64,000 nt of DNA from a virus. Its lineage: Duplodnaviria; Caudoviricetes. The position numbers and the translations under genes were made by a program. A model generated the notes under the pieces. The model was given only the letters and a program-made list of their open reading frames with translations. It ran no database searches and was not told the DNA's origin. The stretch covers positions 1,944-65,943 of IMG/VR virus record IMGVR_UViG_2934807906_000003. The stretch is one strand, 5' to 3'. Below, piece by piece: positions 37,227 through 46,132 of this stretch; within the stretch, counting starts at the first letter, position 1; the number at the start of each line of letters is the position of its first letter.

Positions 37227-37409
37227 CTAGCCGAGGGCGAGCTTGTAGGCGCGGACGAGTTCGGCGACTTCGGCGTGGGGCCAGCGTTTGATGAGGGCGG
37301 CTGCAGCGGCGTCGCCTTGGGCCTTGCGGCCAGCGAGGTAGTGCGGTTCGACGTTGGCCTGGTAGTCGGCGACGAGCTTGGCGAAGCGGATGGGGTCGAA
37401 CGCGGTCAC
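37227..37409 (-). CDS. Hypothetical protein
   Basis: AAGGAG RBS; MTAFDPIRFAKLVADYQ... Confidence 0.65.
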   Translation of the reverse strand: MTAFDPIRFAKLVADYQANVEPHYLAGRKAQGDAAAAALIKRWPHAEVAELVRAYKLALG

Positions 37410-37499
37410 GGTTCTCCTTCGTGGTTGGTTTGTGCCGGTATGGGGGCCGGAAACGGTCAGGGTTTGCGGTGGTTTGTCCCTCGGAAGGGCGGCGGAAGG

Positions 37500-37585
37500 C
37501 CTACCGCCCGTTCCTGGGGTTTTCCGGGGTGTTTCCGCCCTCATTCCGGGGGGCGTTCCGGGCAAAACGGCACTGATTCCGGGGT
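37500..37585 (-). repeat. clt-like locus: imperfect 8-bp TraB recognition repeats (CCCCGGAA) with ~11-bp period
   Basis: TTCC cores on + strand at 37511, 37522, 37533, 37544, 37556, 37577, directly downstream of traB. Confidence 0.7.
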
Positions 37586-39630
37586 CAGGACCCGCTCAGG
37601 AACTCCTGAGCACCCTCGATGTCGGCCCGCTTGTAGCCGTTGGCCCACCGGTCGCCGATTTTGACCTTGTCCGTACCACCGGCCCCCGCGCCGCGAAGGA
37701 GGGCACTGAGCTTCTCCGGGGTCATGCCGTCGCCGATCCTTTCCGCCATCTCGGCGAGAGTCGCCGCATCCCGTCCGAGCTGGTCCATCGCGGCCAGAGC
37801 CCCGCGGACAGCGTCGAGCTGGAGTCGCTGCTCGCCCGTTAGCTGAGCGACAGACCGACCGGGCACCCCGTCGTTCTTCGGGCCGCCGGCTGCCGACGAC
37901 AGGCCTGTCGCCTTGAGCAGGTGCTGCTCGATCGGGTCTTCCCACTGACCGGTCAGACGGCCCGCCGCCTGTCGGAATCCGGCGGCACGCCCGAGGAGCA
38001 TGGTGATCTCGCCGCGCTCGTCCTCGTCGAGGTCATAGGAGCGAGCCAGGTCAGTGATGCCTGCGAACGGGTTGACCAGCCACCCAAGGCCGGGCCGGGG
38101 AGGGTCGAACTTGCTGGCGTCCCGCCCCGCGCTGGCCTGGCCTGCTCCGAGGATCGCGTTGGACTGGGTTGCGTTCTCGACGAGCATGGCCCACTTGCCG
38201 CCGCAGTTCATGCTGAGCGCCTGCGGAACGACGTCTACCTCGGGGTACTGGGTGATGAGGACCCCGAGTTCCCCTGCGGCAGCCGCCACGGCGGAGTACT
38301 CGATGAGCGCCTCGAGGATCTCGTCTCGGAGCGGCTTGCCAGGCCGGGTGAACGTGGCGAGTTCATCGATGATGAGGAGCTCCATGCCTCCGAGCCTGGC
38401 GCGAAGGTCGGGGATCAGCTTGGACTTACCCAGCTTGCCGAGCTCGCGCTCCCGCCGGTTCTTGTCCGCGATGAGCGCCTGGATGAGGGCCAGGAGCCGC
38501 TCGGGGTTGGGCTTGAAGTAGGTCGCGGCCACGCCTGACTTGGCGTAGGCGTCCCACTCGCCGTTCTCCTTGCCGGCGACGATCCGGAAGTTGACCAGGG
38601 GGTCCATCGCTGTCCCAACGGACAGGTTCGATGCTCCGACGCCCTTACCTGAGCGGGTCCGGCCTGCAATGACGAAGTTCTGGTTGGTGATCGGCAGCCT
38701 GATGGTATTGCCGCGCTTGCCGTAGGCGACGGGCACTCCGTCCCGCCAGGAGTCGATGGGTGTGTGCTGCTCAAGCAGCGGCGAGGGGCGCGGCTTCTCG
38801 AAGGGGTCGGTGCTGGCGGTCCAGAGGGTGGCGCGTCCCGCGTTGCCCGGCACCTTGTCGACGTCGACCATGGTCAGGTCCCGCCCCAGGGCGGCAGCGA
38901 GGCCTTCGGTCTTCTTGCGGAGTTCGGTGACGGTGCCGGTGCCGCCGAGGTCGAAGGTGACCGTGCGGGTGCCATCGTCGCGGCTCAGGGCGCCGACGAT
39001 GGTGACGTTGGGGTAGCCAAGCTGCGCGAGGATGCGGCGGAGCTCGGGTTCGTCGGCGCCGCTCTGCTGCGAGGCGCCGATGTCGCCGACGGCTGAGGCC
39101 TGGACAGGCAGCGTGACCGCAAGCTGCTGCGGCTCGCCCTTGATGCCGTTGCAGAGTCCGACGACGTAGACGCCAAGGGCGGCGGCCAAGTCGACCATCA
39201 GGCCGCCCGTGAGAGTACCGACGACGAGGCCGGTTCCGCCGGCTAGAGTCCAAGCGCCAGTCAGACCGAGGTGAGTGAGCCGGTGCTGGCGGTACTCGGC
39301 GCGCAGGTCCTTCTTCAGCTGCTTCAGTTCACCCTTCTTGTCGGCGGGGGCTTCGCGGAGTTCCTGCCGCACCGTCTCGATCATGTGCGGGAAGTCGTCG
39401 GTGTACCGGTCGACCCAGTGCCGGCCAAGGTTCCGGTAGCCGCGGCCGACCGTCGGCAGGTACAGGCGGTGCCCCGTCGCGTGGTTCACCGCAGCCCCCA
39501 GCCGGGACGGCTGCGCGGCCTTCTCTACGGCCGTGGACTTCTCGACGACCACACCCTCGAGAGGGGCCGGCGGCTCGGTCGGTACGGGCGGTACGACGGT
39601 CAGGTGCGGGTGCGCGGATGCGGTCGACAC
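37585..39630 (-). CDS. traB: FtsK/SpoIIIE-family conjugative DNA translocase (TraB-like)
   Basis: N-terminal TM pair, AGRTRSGKG Walker A, LLIIDELA Walker B, ITQYP, ILG, C-terminal wHTH ending NGYKRAD. Confidence 0.88.
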   Translation of the reverse strand: MSTASAHPHLTVVPPVPTEPPAPLEGVVVEKSTAVEKAAQPSRLGAAVNHATGHRLYLPTVGRGYRNLGRHWVDRYTDDFPHMIETVRQELREAPADKKGELKQLKKDLRAEYRQHRLTHLGLTGAWTLAGGTGLVVGTLTGGLMVDLAAALGVYVVGLCNGIKGEPQQLAVTLPVQASAVGDIGASQQSGADEPELRRILAQLGYPNVTIVGALSRDDGTRTVTFDLGGTGTVTELRKKTEGLAAALGRDLTMVDVDKVPGNAGRATLWTASTDPFEKPRPSPLLEQHTPIDSWRDGVPVAYGKRGNTIRLPITNQNFVIAGRTRSGKGVGASNLSVGTAMDPLVNFRIVAGKENGEWDAYAKSGVAATYFKPNPERLLALIQALIADKNRRERELGKLGKSKLIPDLRARLGGMELLIIDELATFTRPGKPLRDEILEALIEYSAVAAAAGELGVLITQYPEVDVVPQALSMNCGGKWAMLVENATQSNAILGAGQASAGRDASKFDPPRPGLGWLVNPFAGITDLARSYDLDEDERGEITMLLGRAAGFRQAAGRLTGQWEDPIEQHLLKATGLSSAAGGPKNDGVPGRSVAQLTGEQRLQLDAVRGALAAMDQLGRDAATLAEMAERIGDGMTPEKLSALLRGAGAGGTDKVKIGDRWANGYKRADIEGAQEFLSGS

Positions 39631-39649
39631 GGTCGGTCTCCTCTCGGGT

Positions 39650-40741
39650 TCAGTGGTGGTGGCCGTTGACCGTGGCGGTCACGGAGCGGCGGGCGGTCTC
39701 GGCTGCGACGGCGCCGACGACGGGGTGGAAGGGGACGCTGTCACCCTTCCTCCGGACGGGCGGGACAGGGCGCTTGCGAGGCGCCTTGGAGGCCCCTTCC
39801 GTGGAGGGGGGGATTTGGGTGACACGCTGGGGCTTTACAGGCTCGACGGGGGCTGTCTGCGGGGGCTGGTGGAGTACCTCGAGGAGACGTCCGCGGATGC
39901 TGACCGGGGAGCCGTTCGCCGTATCGAGTGCATCGGCGTAGGCCTTCCGGGAGGCGTGCCGCTTGGCATGGAGAGCGGGCATCAGACCGTGCTCCCGGGT
40001 GCCGTGCTGGATCTCCCAGGCGGTCGTGAACGCGTCCTCGAAAACGAGCTCCCCGAACGGTGCTGCGGACACGAGGCGCTCCGCCAACTGCACGACGCTC
40101 TTGTGGTGGCGGCGCCGGTTCTTCTCGTGCTTGGCGCGGGCCTTCGCCTGAGCGTCGGGCTTCGGCTTGGCCGCGTGTCGGCCGGCCATCACCATGTGGA
40201 ACAAGGCGACGGGGACGACGGAGGAGGCGGCGAGGATGGCGCCAAGCCACCAGGCGGTCTCCATGCCGTGCGCGAAGTTGATGGATGCCGCGGCGGTGGT
40301 GAACGACCAGATCGCGGTCCGGTACGGCCAGATCGCTCGGCCAGCCTTCATTGCCTTGACCTCGCCAGCGGTGGCGGCCCACGCTCCGGCCTCGAGCATG
40401 AACGCCAGCAGGGCAGCCAGGCCTGTGAACACCCCGGCGCCCATGAGGGCGTCGAGCTGGAAGTAGAACGCCGGGACCATGCCGGCGACCATCACGGTGA
40501 GCGCGGCAGCCAGGTCGGTGTTCACGGCGACCCAGTCGACGCGCGCCTTCCATGCGGCCTTCCGCTCCCGCTTCTTGCGGCGCTTCTCGGCCTCGTGGTG
40601 GGCTCGCTCTTCGCGGGCCCGCCTGCTGCGGGCTTCCTCCGCCTTCAGTCGCCGGTCGAGGGCAGCCTCGTTGTCCATGCGGCGTTCAGCGGACTCGGCT
40701 GCCCTGTCCGCCCGCATCTCCTCGCGCCAGCTGCTGCTCAC
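39650..40741 (-). CDS. DUF2637/SpdB-like spread membrane protein
   Basis: Coiled coil, about four TM helices (LEAGAW, INFAHG), basic C-terminus; directly upstream of traB. Confidence 0.7.
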   Translation of the reverse strand: MSSSWREEMRADRAAESAERRMDNEAALDRRLKAEEARSRRAREERAHHEAEKRRKKRERKAAWKARVDWVAVNTDLAAALTVMVAGMVPAFYFQLDALMGAGVFTGLAALLAFMLEAGAWAATAGEVKAMKAGRAIWPYRTAIWSFTTAAASINFAHGMETAWWLGAILAASSVVPVALFHMVMAGRHAAKPKPDAQAKARAKHEKNRRRHHKSVVQLAERLVSAAPFGELVFEDAFTTAWEIQHGTREHGLMPALHAKRHASRKAYADALDTANGSPVSIRGRLLEVLHQPPQTAPVEPVKPQRVTQIPPSTEGASKAPRKRPVPPVRRKGDSVPFHPVVGAVAAETARRSVTATVNGHHH

Positions 40742-40770
40742 GGTCGTGATCCCTTCGTGTGGTGTGGGGG

Positions 40771-40983
40771 TTAGGCGGCGGTGTCGTAACGGGTGGGCCG
40801 CGGGATGCGGCGGGGGGTAAGGCGGTGGCCGTCGGCACCAGCGCTGAGCGCGATGGCCACTACGAGGGCGACCCCCATGACCACGCAGTTCCGGGTCGAC
40901 CATTCGGCGCCGAGGACGGTCATCACTCCGATGAAGGCAAGGAGGCCGCGGGCGATACCCATCGCGGCGGTCAGGGAGTTCAT
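40771..40983 (-). CDS. Small two-TM membrane protein (spread-like)
   Basis: Two hydrophobic segments; coupled in the tra operon. Confidence 0.55.
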   Translation of the reverse strand: MNSLTAAMGIARGLLAFIGVMTVLGAEWSTRNCVVMGVALVVAIALSAGADGHRLTPRRIPRPTRYDTAA

Positions 40984-41285
40984 GACCACCGCCAGGGCTC
41001 ACCGAGGCGGGCGGCCAGCAGGGCGGAGTCGGCGATCTGCCGGGCCATGGCGGCCCAGTTCCGGTCCCAGATCTTGAGGGAGCCGGCGGCCTGGTGGAGG
41101 GCCTGGCCGATGCGCTGGGCCTGCTGGGGGTGGATGTCGAAGGGGTCGCCGGGTCGGCTGCCGAGGATCGGTTCGAGGGTGGGCCAGTCGGTGTTGCGGC
41201 TCTTCCGCAGCTTGTCGCCGAGCCGGCTGAGGCTGGTGGCCGAGTAGCCGTATCGGGTGCCGCCGTGCGAGATGGAGTAGCCCAT
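40980..41285 (-). CDS. Hypothetical protein of actinomycete transfer regions
   Basis: MGYSISHG...GDPF.I.P...GEPWRWS. Confidence 0.7.
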   Translation of the reverse strand: MGYSISHGGTRYGYSATSLSRLGDKLRKSRNTDWPTLEPILGSRPGDPFDIHPQQAQRIGQALHQAAGSLKIWDRNWAAMARQIADSALLAARLGEPWRWS

Positions 41286-41377
41286 GGCAAAGCTGCCCTT
41301 CATGCGGGGTGGATGGTGGGGTGGTGCTGGCCGGATCTCCAGGCCTCAGGTGCGGGACCTGAGGCGAGGGCTACAGG

Positions 41378-41539
41378 TCAGCGCGTCTCTCGGATCCCGA
41401 ACGTGCGCTTGATGTGGTCGAACGTTGCGAGGCGCGGCTCCCCGCGCGTTTCGTAGTAGACCTTGTAGGACGGGTCTTCGTTGCGGGTCCACTTGCGGCC
41501 CGTGCCGTCGACGATCTCCTGCGGTTCCTTGTCACTCAC
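41378..41539 (-). CDS. Small hypothetical protein
   Basis: GGAGG RBS; EIVDGTGRKWTR. Confidence 0.6.
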   Translation of the reverse strand: MSDKEPQEIVDGTGRKWTRNEDPSYKVYYETRGEPRLATFDHIKRTFGIRETR

Positions 41540-41614
41540 GGTGTCCCTCCCTGGGCCGGGGCTGTCCCGGGCTCCCCTCACCGCCCGCACCTGTCGGGCG
41601 GATCGGGCAACCGG

Positions 41615-41824
41615 TCAGTCGCGAAGGAGGAGGTCGACGTGCTCGTGGTTCGGGTCGGCGCAGTCGACGCCGTCGTCGCACAGTTCGACGTACCGGCCGA
41701 GGAGGATGGAGGACACGGCGTTGGCTGCGGCCAACCCGGCCCGTCCGTGGCGGGCACCGGCCTTGGCCAGTACTCCCGAGGCATTGTTGAGACGGCCGGA
41801 CACCTTCTTGCCAAGCTTGGACAT
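41615..41824 (-). CDS. Small hypothetical protein with C-terminal C..C..H.H
   Basis: AGGAG RBS; MSKLGKKVSG... Confidence 0.6.
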   Translation of the reverse strand: MSKLGKKVSGRLNNASGVLAKAGARHGRAGLAAANAVSSILLGRYVELCDDGVDCADPNHEHVDLLLRD

Positions 41825-41832
41825 GGGGACTC

Positions 41833-42369
41833 CTAGCGGATCGCGTTGGCGAGGGCGGGCCACAGTCGGTCGTCGCGGCCCCAGGCCATGTCGATCAGGT
41901 GCAGCGTGACGCCGTGCTGGCGGAGTTCCCGGAGTGCGTGCCGGCCGACGCCGTGCCACTCGCGGGCCTTCCAGTCGCGGCGGACCCGGTAGCCGAGGGT
42001 GGTGAACGGGTGTCCGTCCTCTTCGGTGAGCACCAGCTGCGGGGTACGGCTGCCACGGATGACGGTGAATCCCATCCGTTCCAGGCCGAGGAGGCGTCCG
42101 AGGAGGGGGCTTCGGTCGTGGACGATGCCCTCGACCCACGCCCGCTGCCGGGTGCCGCCGTGGTCGTAGCCGGGCTGCGAGCAGGTGGTGACGAACCCGG
42201 CCCGGTTCGCGGCGGCCAGGACGGGAACGAGGTGGCGGACGTCAGCCTCTTCCTCGTAGCCGAAGTCGGCACCGTAGCCGGGCCACGCCGGCCCACGGCC
42301 CTCGAGCCATAAGGCCATGTTCTGGCCGAGGTCGGCGATGCTGCGGGAGTCCCGCCACACGCTGCCCAT
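41833..42369 (-). CDS. DUF6919-like protein
   Basis: MALWLEG, LAAANRAGFVTTCSQPG, QRAWVEG, WGRDDRLWPAL. Confidence 0.75.
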   Translation of the reverse strand: MGSVWRDSRSIADLGQNMALWLEGRGPAWPGYGADFGYEEEADVRHLVPVLAAANRAGFVTTCSQPGYDHGGTRQRAWVEGIVHDRSPLLGRLLGLERMGFTVIRGSRTPQLVLTEEDGHPFTTLGYRVRRDWKAREWHGVGRHALRELRQHGVTLHLIDMAWGRDDRLWPALANAIR

Positions 42370-42599
42370 CAGGCGGCCTGGCTGCTGCGGAGGGCGTCGA
42401 GCTGGGCGACGAGGGACGGGAAGCCCGGGTACGTGGCGTCGATGCCGGCGGCCTCGGCCCGGATCTCGACCATGCGGCCGGCGTTCCGGTCGAGCTTGGC
42501 CTGGAGGTAGTCGGCGATGACCGCGGCGTGCCGGGAGGTGATGGCGTCCTCGACGGTCGTCGAGCGGCGGCGGGCGTCGAGGCTGCTGACGTTGGACAT
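42369..42599 (-). CDS. Hypothetical protein
   Basis: AAGGA RBS; coupled. Confidence 0.65.
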   Translation of the reverse strand: MSNVSSLDARRRSTTVEDAITSRHAAVIADYLQAKLDRNAGRMVEIRAEAAGIDATYPGFPSLVAQLDALRSSQAA

Positions 42600-42620
42600 G
42601 GCGGTGGTTCCTTCCGATGG

Positions 42621-42845
42621 TCAGGCGGGCTGGTGGGTGGTGGACTGGCGGGTCGCGGCGTAGCGCTCGAGGTCGAGCAGCAGCCGCGTGATGCCACTGG
42701 CGGTCATGGAGGCCTCAAGCGCCTCGTCGTCCAGGCGGGCGTTCTCGACCCCGCTGGCGAGCAGCTGGTCGACGCTGGCGTGCAGGGTGTTGATCTCGGC
42801 GGACAGGCGGGTGCCGATGGCCTGCCAGTCAGCGGTTTCGGGCAT
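42621..42845 (-). CDS. Hypothetical protein
   Basis: AGGAG RBS; helical. Confidence 0.6.
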   Translation of the reverse strand: MPETADWQAIGTRLSAEINTLHASVDQLLASGVENARLDDEALEASMTASGITRLLLDLERYAATRQSTTHQPA

Positions 42846-42885
42846 GGCTGTGCTCCTCGGTTGGTCGTGCCGGGAGAGGTGGGGT

Positions 42886-43044
42886 CTAGCGGTGGGTGTG
42901 GAGGGGGGCGCCGATGGCGGAGCCGAGCTGGTCACGCTGGGCGCCGGCGGACTCGGCGCGCTGGGCCTGGGCGGCCTGGTACTCGGCGAGGCACTGCTGC
43001 TGCGTGGTCTGAGGCTGCGACTGGGCCGGCTGCGGTGCGCTCAC
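42886..43044 (-). CDS. Small Gln-rich hypothetical protein
   Basis: GTGA overlap with the upstream gene; MSAPQPAQSQPQTTQQQC... Confidence 0.5.
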   Translation of the reverse strand: MSAPQPAQSQPQTTQQQCLAEYQAAQAQRAESAGAQRDQLGSAIGAPLHTHR

Positions 43045-43241
43045 GACGCCACCGCCGGACGGGCGGCACGGACGTAGGAGGCGGCGCGGCGGGTGTCCTC
43101 GTCGAGGGCCTCGATCCGGCGGACGCGGGCCAGGGCCTCATCCATCGACGGATCCGAGTCAACGGCGACGAGACGCCGGACCGGGGTGGGCGCGCCCTGT
43201 TCGTACAGGGAAGCGCTGGTCAGGATAGTGTTGTGCAACAT
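43041..43241 (-). CDS. First gene of the transfer operon, hypothetical
   Basis: AGGAGG RBS. Confidence 0.6.
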   Translation of the reverse strand: MLHNTILTSASLYEQGAPTPVRRLVAVDSDPSMDEALARVRRIEALDEDTRRAASYVRAARPAVAS

Positions 43242-43275
43242 GCGGATCCTCCTGGGCACAGGTAGGGGTTCGCAA

Positions 43276-43367
43276 GGCCCTGACCAGGTGTGCAAGACCT
43301 GGTCAGGGCCGTTTGCGTTGGGCACATTCAGAGGCTATCCCATTCAGGGGTCGCTTGTATAGGATAG
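43276..43367. promoter_or_regulatory. Divergent tra/kor control region: 14-bp inverted repeat plus CTATCC...GGATAG
   Basis: GGCCCTGACCAGGT-GTGCAAG-ACCTGGTCAGGGCC (43276-43310); CTATCC at 43335 and GGATAG at 43362. Confidence 0.6.
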
Positions 43368-43400
43368 GCGGGAGACATCTTGGAGCGAGAGGAGAGGCCC

Positions 43401-44168
43401 ATGGCGCCAGCCACCTACATGGACGTAGCAGACGCGATCCGACGCGACGTCGAGGCGGGTCGCTGGCCCATCGGCGATCCCATCCCCGGCATCGACAGAC
43501 TCAAAGACGAGTACGGCGTGTCACGCCAGACCGCCAACAAGGCCATCCAGCACCTGGTCGCCGCAGGCCTGCTCTACTCGGAAGGCCGGCGCGGCACCTT
43601 CATTCGTCCGCGCCTCGGGCCACCTGCCGTAGTCCGAGATCGCATCGCGTACCGAGACGAGATCGGCTACTTCTTCGACCGCAACGCCCAGGACTGGCGC
43701 GGTATCGGCGCTGGCTCCCAGGCGGTGGGAGTGCCTCCCGACGAGATCGCCGACGCCCTCGGTGTGCCGCGCGGTGAACACGTCATGATCCGCGACCGTG
43801 CAGTCGGACCGCCGGACGCCGACTTCCCGCACCAGCTGGCTACCTCGTACCTGCCGATGTCCCTTGTGGGCGAGTTGCCGATCCTCGGCGCTGCTGGCAC
43901 CGGACCGGGCGGCATCTACGACCGGATCGAGGAGTACTTCGGTGCGCCGATCGAGTGGCGCGAGTCGATAAGGGCAAGGCCCGCAAACGACGAGGAGCAG
44001 CTACGGCTGAAGATCAGCTCCAGTATCTGGGTGCTCGTCGTAACCCGGGAGTCCAGAGTCGGAGATCGCGTGGTCGAGGTGAACCACACACGGATGGCCG
44101 CGGACATGTTCGCCGTGTCCTACCACGTCGAGCGCGACGAGTCGGCAGCCTGGCCGCGTCCGGCCTGA
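43401..44168 (+). CDS. GntR/HutC-family regulator with UTRA domain (KorA/KorSA/TraR-like)
   Basis: YMDVADAIR..G..IP..L..EYGVSRQTANKAIQHL..GRRGTFIR; QLATSYLP, GPGGIY; divergent from the tra operon. Confidence 0.9.
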   Translation: MAPATYMDVADAIRRDVEAGRWPIGDPIPGIDRLKDEYGVSRQTANKAIQHLVAAGLLYSEGRRGTFIRPRLGPPAVVRDRIAYRDEIGYFFDRNAQDWRGIGAGSQAVGVPPDEIADALGVPRGEHVMIRDRAVGPPDADFPHQLATSYLPMSLVGELPILGAAGTGPGGIYDRIEEYFGAPIEWRESIRARPANDEEQLRLKISSSIWVLVVTRESRVGDRVVEVNHTRMAADMFAVSYHVERDESAAWPRPA

Positions 44169-44180
44169 CCCCAGACGCAC

Positions 44181-44219
44181 GACAGCCCCCGGCCTCGGGT
44201 TGAGGCCGGGGGCGCTGTC
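44181..44219. terminator. Bidirectional terminator
   Basis: GCCCCCGGCCTC-GGGTT-GAGGCCGGGGGC. Confidence 0.7.
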
Positions 44220-44222
44220 ATG

Positions 44223-44501
44223 TCACGGGCTGGGCGTGGACTGGAGCATTTTGTTCCGGTCGAAGTTCCCATCCTTGTCAGTCCACCCGAGGTCGTCCAT
44301 CGACTTGCTCATGATGAGGAGCGTGTAGTCCTCCTCCTTGAGCGGCTCGCACGGCTTGGGCTTCGTTTTGTCGTCCAGGTGGCGGGCCTTGAGGGCCTTG
44401 ACACACTGCTGGACGGACTCGTCGTAGGTGGGTTGGCTGCTGCAGCTGGCAAGGAGGAGCGCGGCGCCAGCGATGGCCACGGTCAGGGCGTTGCGGTTCA
44501 T
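44223..44501 (-). CDS. Small lipoprotein
   Basis: Lipobox LASC; QC..AL...KPKPC. Confidence 0.75.
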   Translation of the reverse strand: MNRNALTVAIAGAALLLASCSSQPTYDESVQQCVKALKARHLDDKTKPKPCEPLKEEDYTLLIMSKSMDDLGWTDKDGNFDRNKMLQSTPSP

Positions 44502-44561
44502 GGGTCGGCAGCTTGGCCCGACAGGGTGTTGCTGTGCGACGGGTGTTGCCGGGTTGTGACC

Positions 44562-45164
44562 TCAGGCCGCGGACCGCTCCGCCATGGGCAGCCGCAGCAC
44601 TTCCGCGTGCCCGTACTGCTGCTCGCAGCCGGGGCACCGCGCCCCCGGGGTGTCGAGGGTGACCTTGAGGACGGTGCCGCAGCCGCACTGGACGGGGATC
44701 CGCCTGGCCGGCTTCTCGCCACCGATGATGGCGTCGCATTCGGCCTTCAGTCGGCGTATGTCCTGGGCGAGTTCGAACACGGCAGGGTGTGCGTCGCAGA
44801 ACCACGGCACCTGAGCCCGGAGGAAGGCGACGGCTCCATCGACGGTCTGCTGTACGTCGCCGCGGAACGGGGCCTGCTCCCATCCGAGAGTCTCGCGAGC
44901 GTCGCGTTCCCAGGTGGTGACGACGCCCTCGATGCCGCCGCGGGCCCGGAGGTCCAGCACTCGTTCGTTGACCGGCAACGGGGCGGTACGACTACCGGAC
45001 CGACCACTCTCCCCGCGGCGGCCGGGGGCGAGGTGCTGCTCTAGCGCGCGGTACAGGGACGGCAGTGCGGCCAGGCCTTCGTCAAGGCGTGCCTCGCAGC
45101 CAGCGTGGACGCGGACGGTGGACGGCTTCCGGCAGATCTCGCAGGCGCTGATAACGTCGTTCAC
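44562..45164 (-). CDS. Zn-ribbon phage protein (possible late-gene regulator)
   Basis: CEIC, LPSLY, VLDLRARGG, CGCG..CPGC; last gene of the early operon. Confidence 0.6.
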   Translation of the reverse strand: MNDVISACEICRKPSTVRVHAGCEARLDEGLAALPSLYRALEQHLAPGRRGESGRSGSRTAPLPVNERVLDLRARGGIEGVVTTWERDARETLGWEQAPFRGDVQQTVDGAVAFLRAQVPWFCDAHPAVFELAQDIRRLKAECDAIIGGEKPARRIPVQCGCGTVLKVTLDTPGARCPGCEQQYGHAEVLRLPMAERSAA

Positions 45165-45198
45165 GGCTGGCTCCTTGTGCGGGTGACGCGGGCGGGTC

Positions 45199-45537
45199 TC
45201 AGGCGGTGGGTTCGAGGGCGCTGATCGTCGGGCAGGGTGCGGGCCGGTCTGCGGGCTCTCCGAGGTAGGCGGAGCACTCGGCGCAGACGACACGGCCCGC
45301 GCGTTCGACGGGCCGGTGCAGCTTGCGGATCCGGTCGCGGGTGTCGTCGAGGAGGGTCTGGATGCGGACCGCTCGCCGCTGGTCGGCGTCGAGTTCGCCG
45401 GCTACCGCGTCGAGGACGGCGTCGGCAACAGCCCGGCGGGCGGAGAGCGGGAGCCAGTAGCCAGCCTGGTTGATGGCGGGGCCGACGGCGTTGAAGGCGA
45501 GCGCTCGGCGGCGGGCTTCGGGCTGGTCGGGGGTCAC
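45199..45537 (-). CDS. Hypothetical protein
   Basis: AFNAVGPA, LHRP..CAEC..PCPT. Confidence 0.65.
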   Translation of the reverse strand: MTPDQPEARRRALAFNAVGPAINQAGYWLPLSARRAVADAVLDAVAGELDADQRRAVRIQTLLDDTRDRIRKLHRPVERAGRVVCAECSAYLGEPADRPAPCPTISALEPTA

Positions 45538-45971
45538 GGCTGGCTCCCGAGGATTGCCCGGGCCACGGCGAGGGCGGCGCCCATGACGTCACAGGCGTAG
45601 TCGTCGCAGGCGGGCCGGTCGTGGTCGTGGGCCATCTCCGGGTAGGCGGCGGCGAGGCGGGTCGCAGCGGCAAGGAGTTCGGCGAGCGCGGCCCCGACGC
45701 CGGGGTGGACGGTGATCGCGTACTCGGCGTCCTCGAACGACATGACGTCGACGTTGCAGTCGGCAGCCTCGCGATTGCGTTGGGCGAGTTCGGTTTCGTC
45801 GCAGGTCTTGGTGTGGGTGAAGACCCAGCCGCTGGCCTCCCAGCAGGACAAGCAACGGCAGCCGTCTTCCATGTGGGTGTGGGCCATGGAGTCCCAGGGG
45901 CCGGGGCTGGCGTCCTTGACGCGGGACTTGAGCTTCTCGGCTGCGGCGTGGAGTTCGTCGATGGGGGTCAC
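45534..45971 (-). CDS. Hypothetical phage protein (Ead/Ea22-like motifs)
   Basis: ASPGPW, DAEY..VHPGVG.ALA, ALAVARAIL. Confidence 0.65.
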   Translation of the reverse strand: MTPIDELHAAAEKLKSRVKDASPGPWDSMAHTHMEDGCRCLSCWEASGWVFTHTKTCDETELAQRNREAADCNVDVMSFEDAEYAITVHPGVGAALAELLAAATRLAAAYPEMAHDHDRPACDDYACDVMGAALAVARAILGSQP

Positions 45972-46132
45972 AGGTACTCCTTGGCGGGCTTGATCGTGTG
46001 GATGTTGCGGTAGGCGTCCGGTTCGTCGTCGTGCACGTTGGCGTAGGGGTTGCCGCGGCGGTCGGGTGGCGGGTCGGCGGTGTCGGGCTCGGCGTCCCAG
46101 CCGTCCCGCCACAGCTCGAGGTCGGCAGTCAC
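45968..46132 (-). CDS. Small hypothetical protein
   Basis: GTGA overlaps on both sides. Confidence 0.5.
   Translation of the reverse strand: MTADLELWRDGWDAEPDTADPPPDRRGNPYANVHDDEPDAYRNIHTIKPAKEYL

Noticed and set aside
37500-37585. CRISPR array
   Set aside because: Repeats are 8 bp with ~3-bp gaps, there are no unique spacers and no cas genes
35645-44168. Independent AICE or plasmid inserted into the prophage
   Set aside because: No dedicated integrase, Xis, rolling-circle Rep or flanking direct repeats were found by eye; not fully excluded without alignment to relatives
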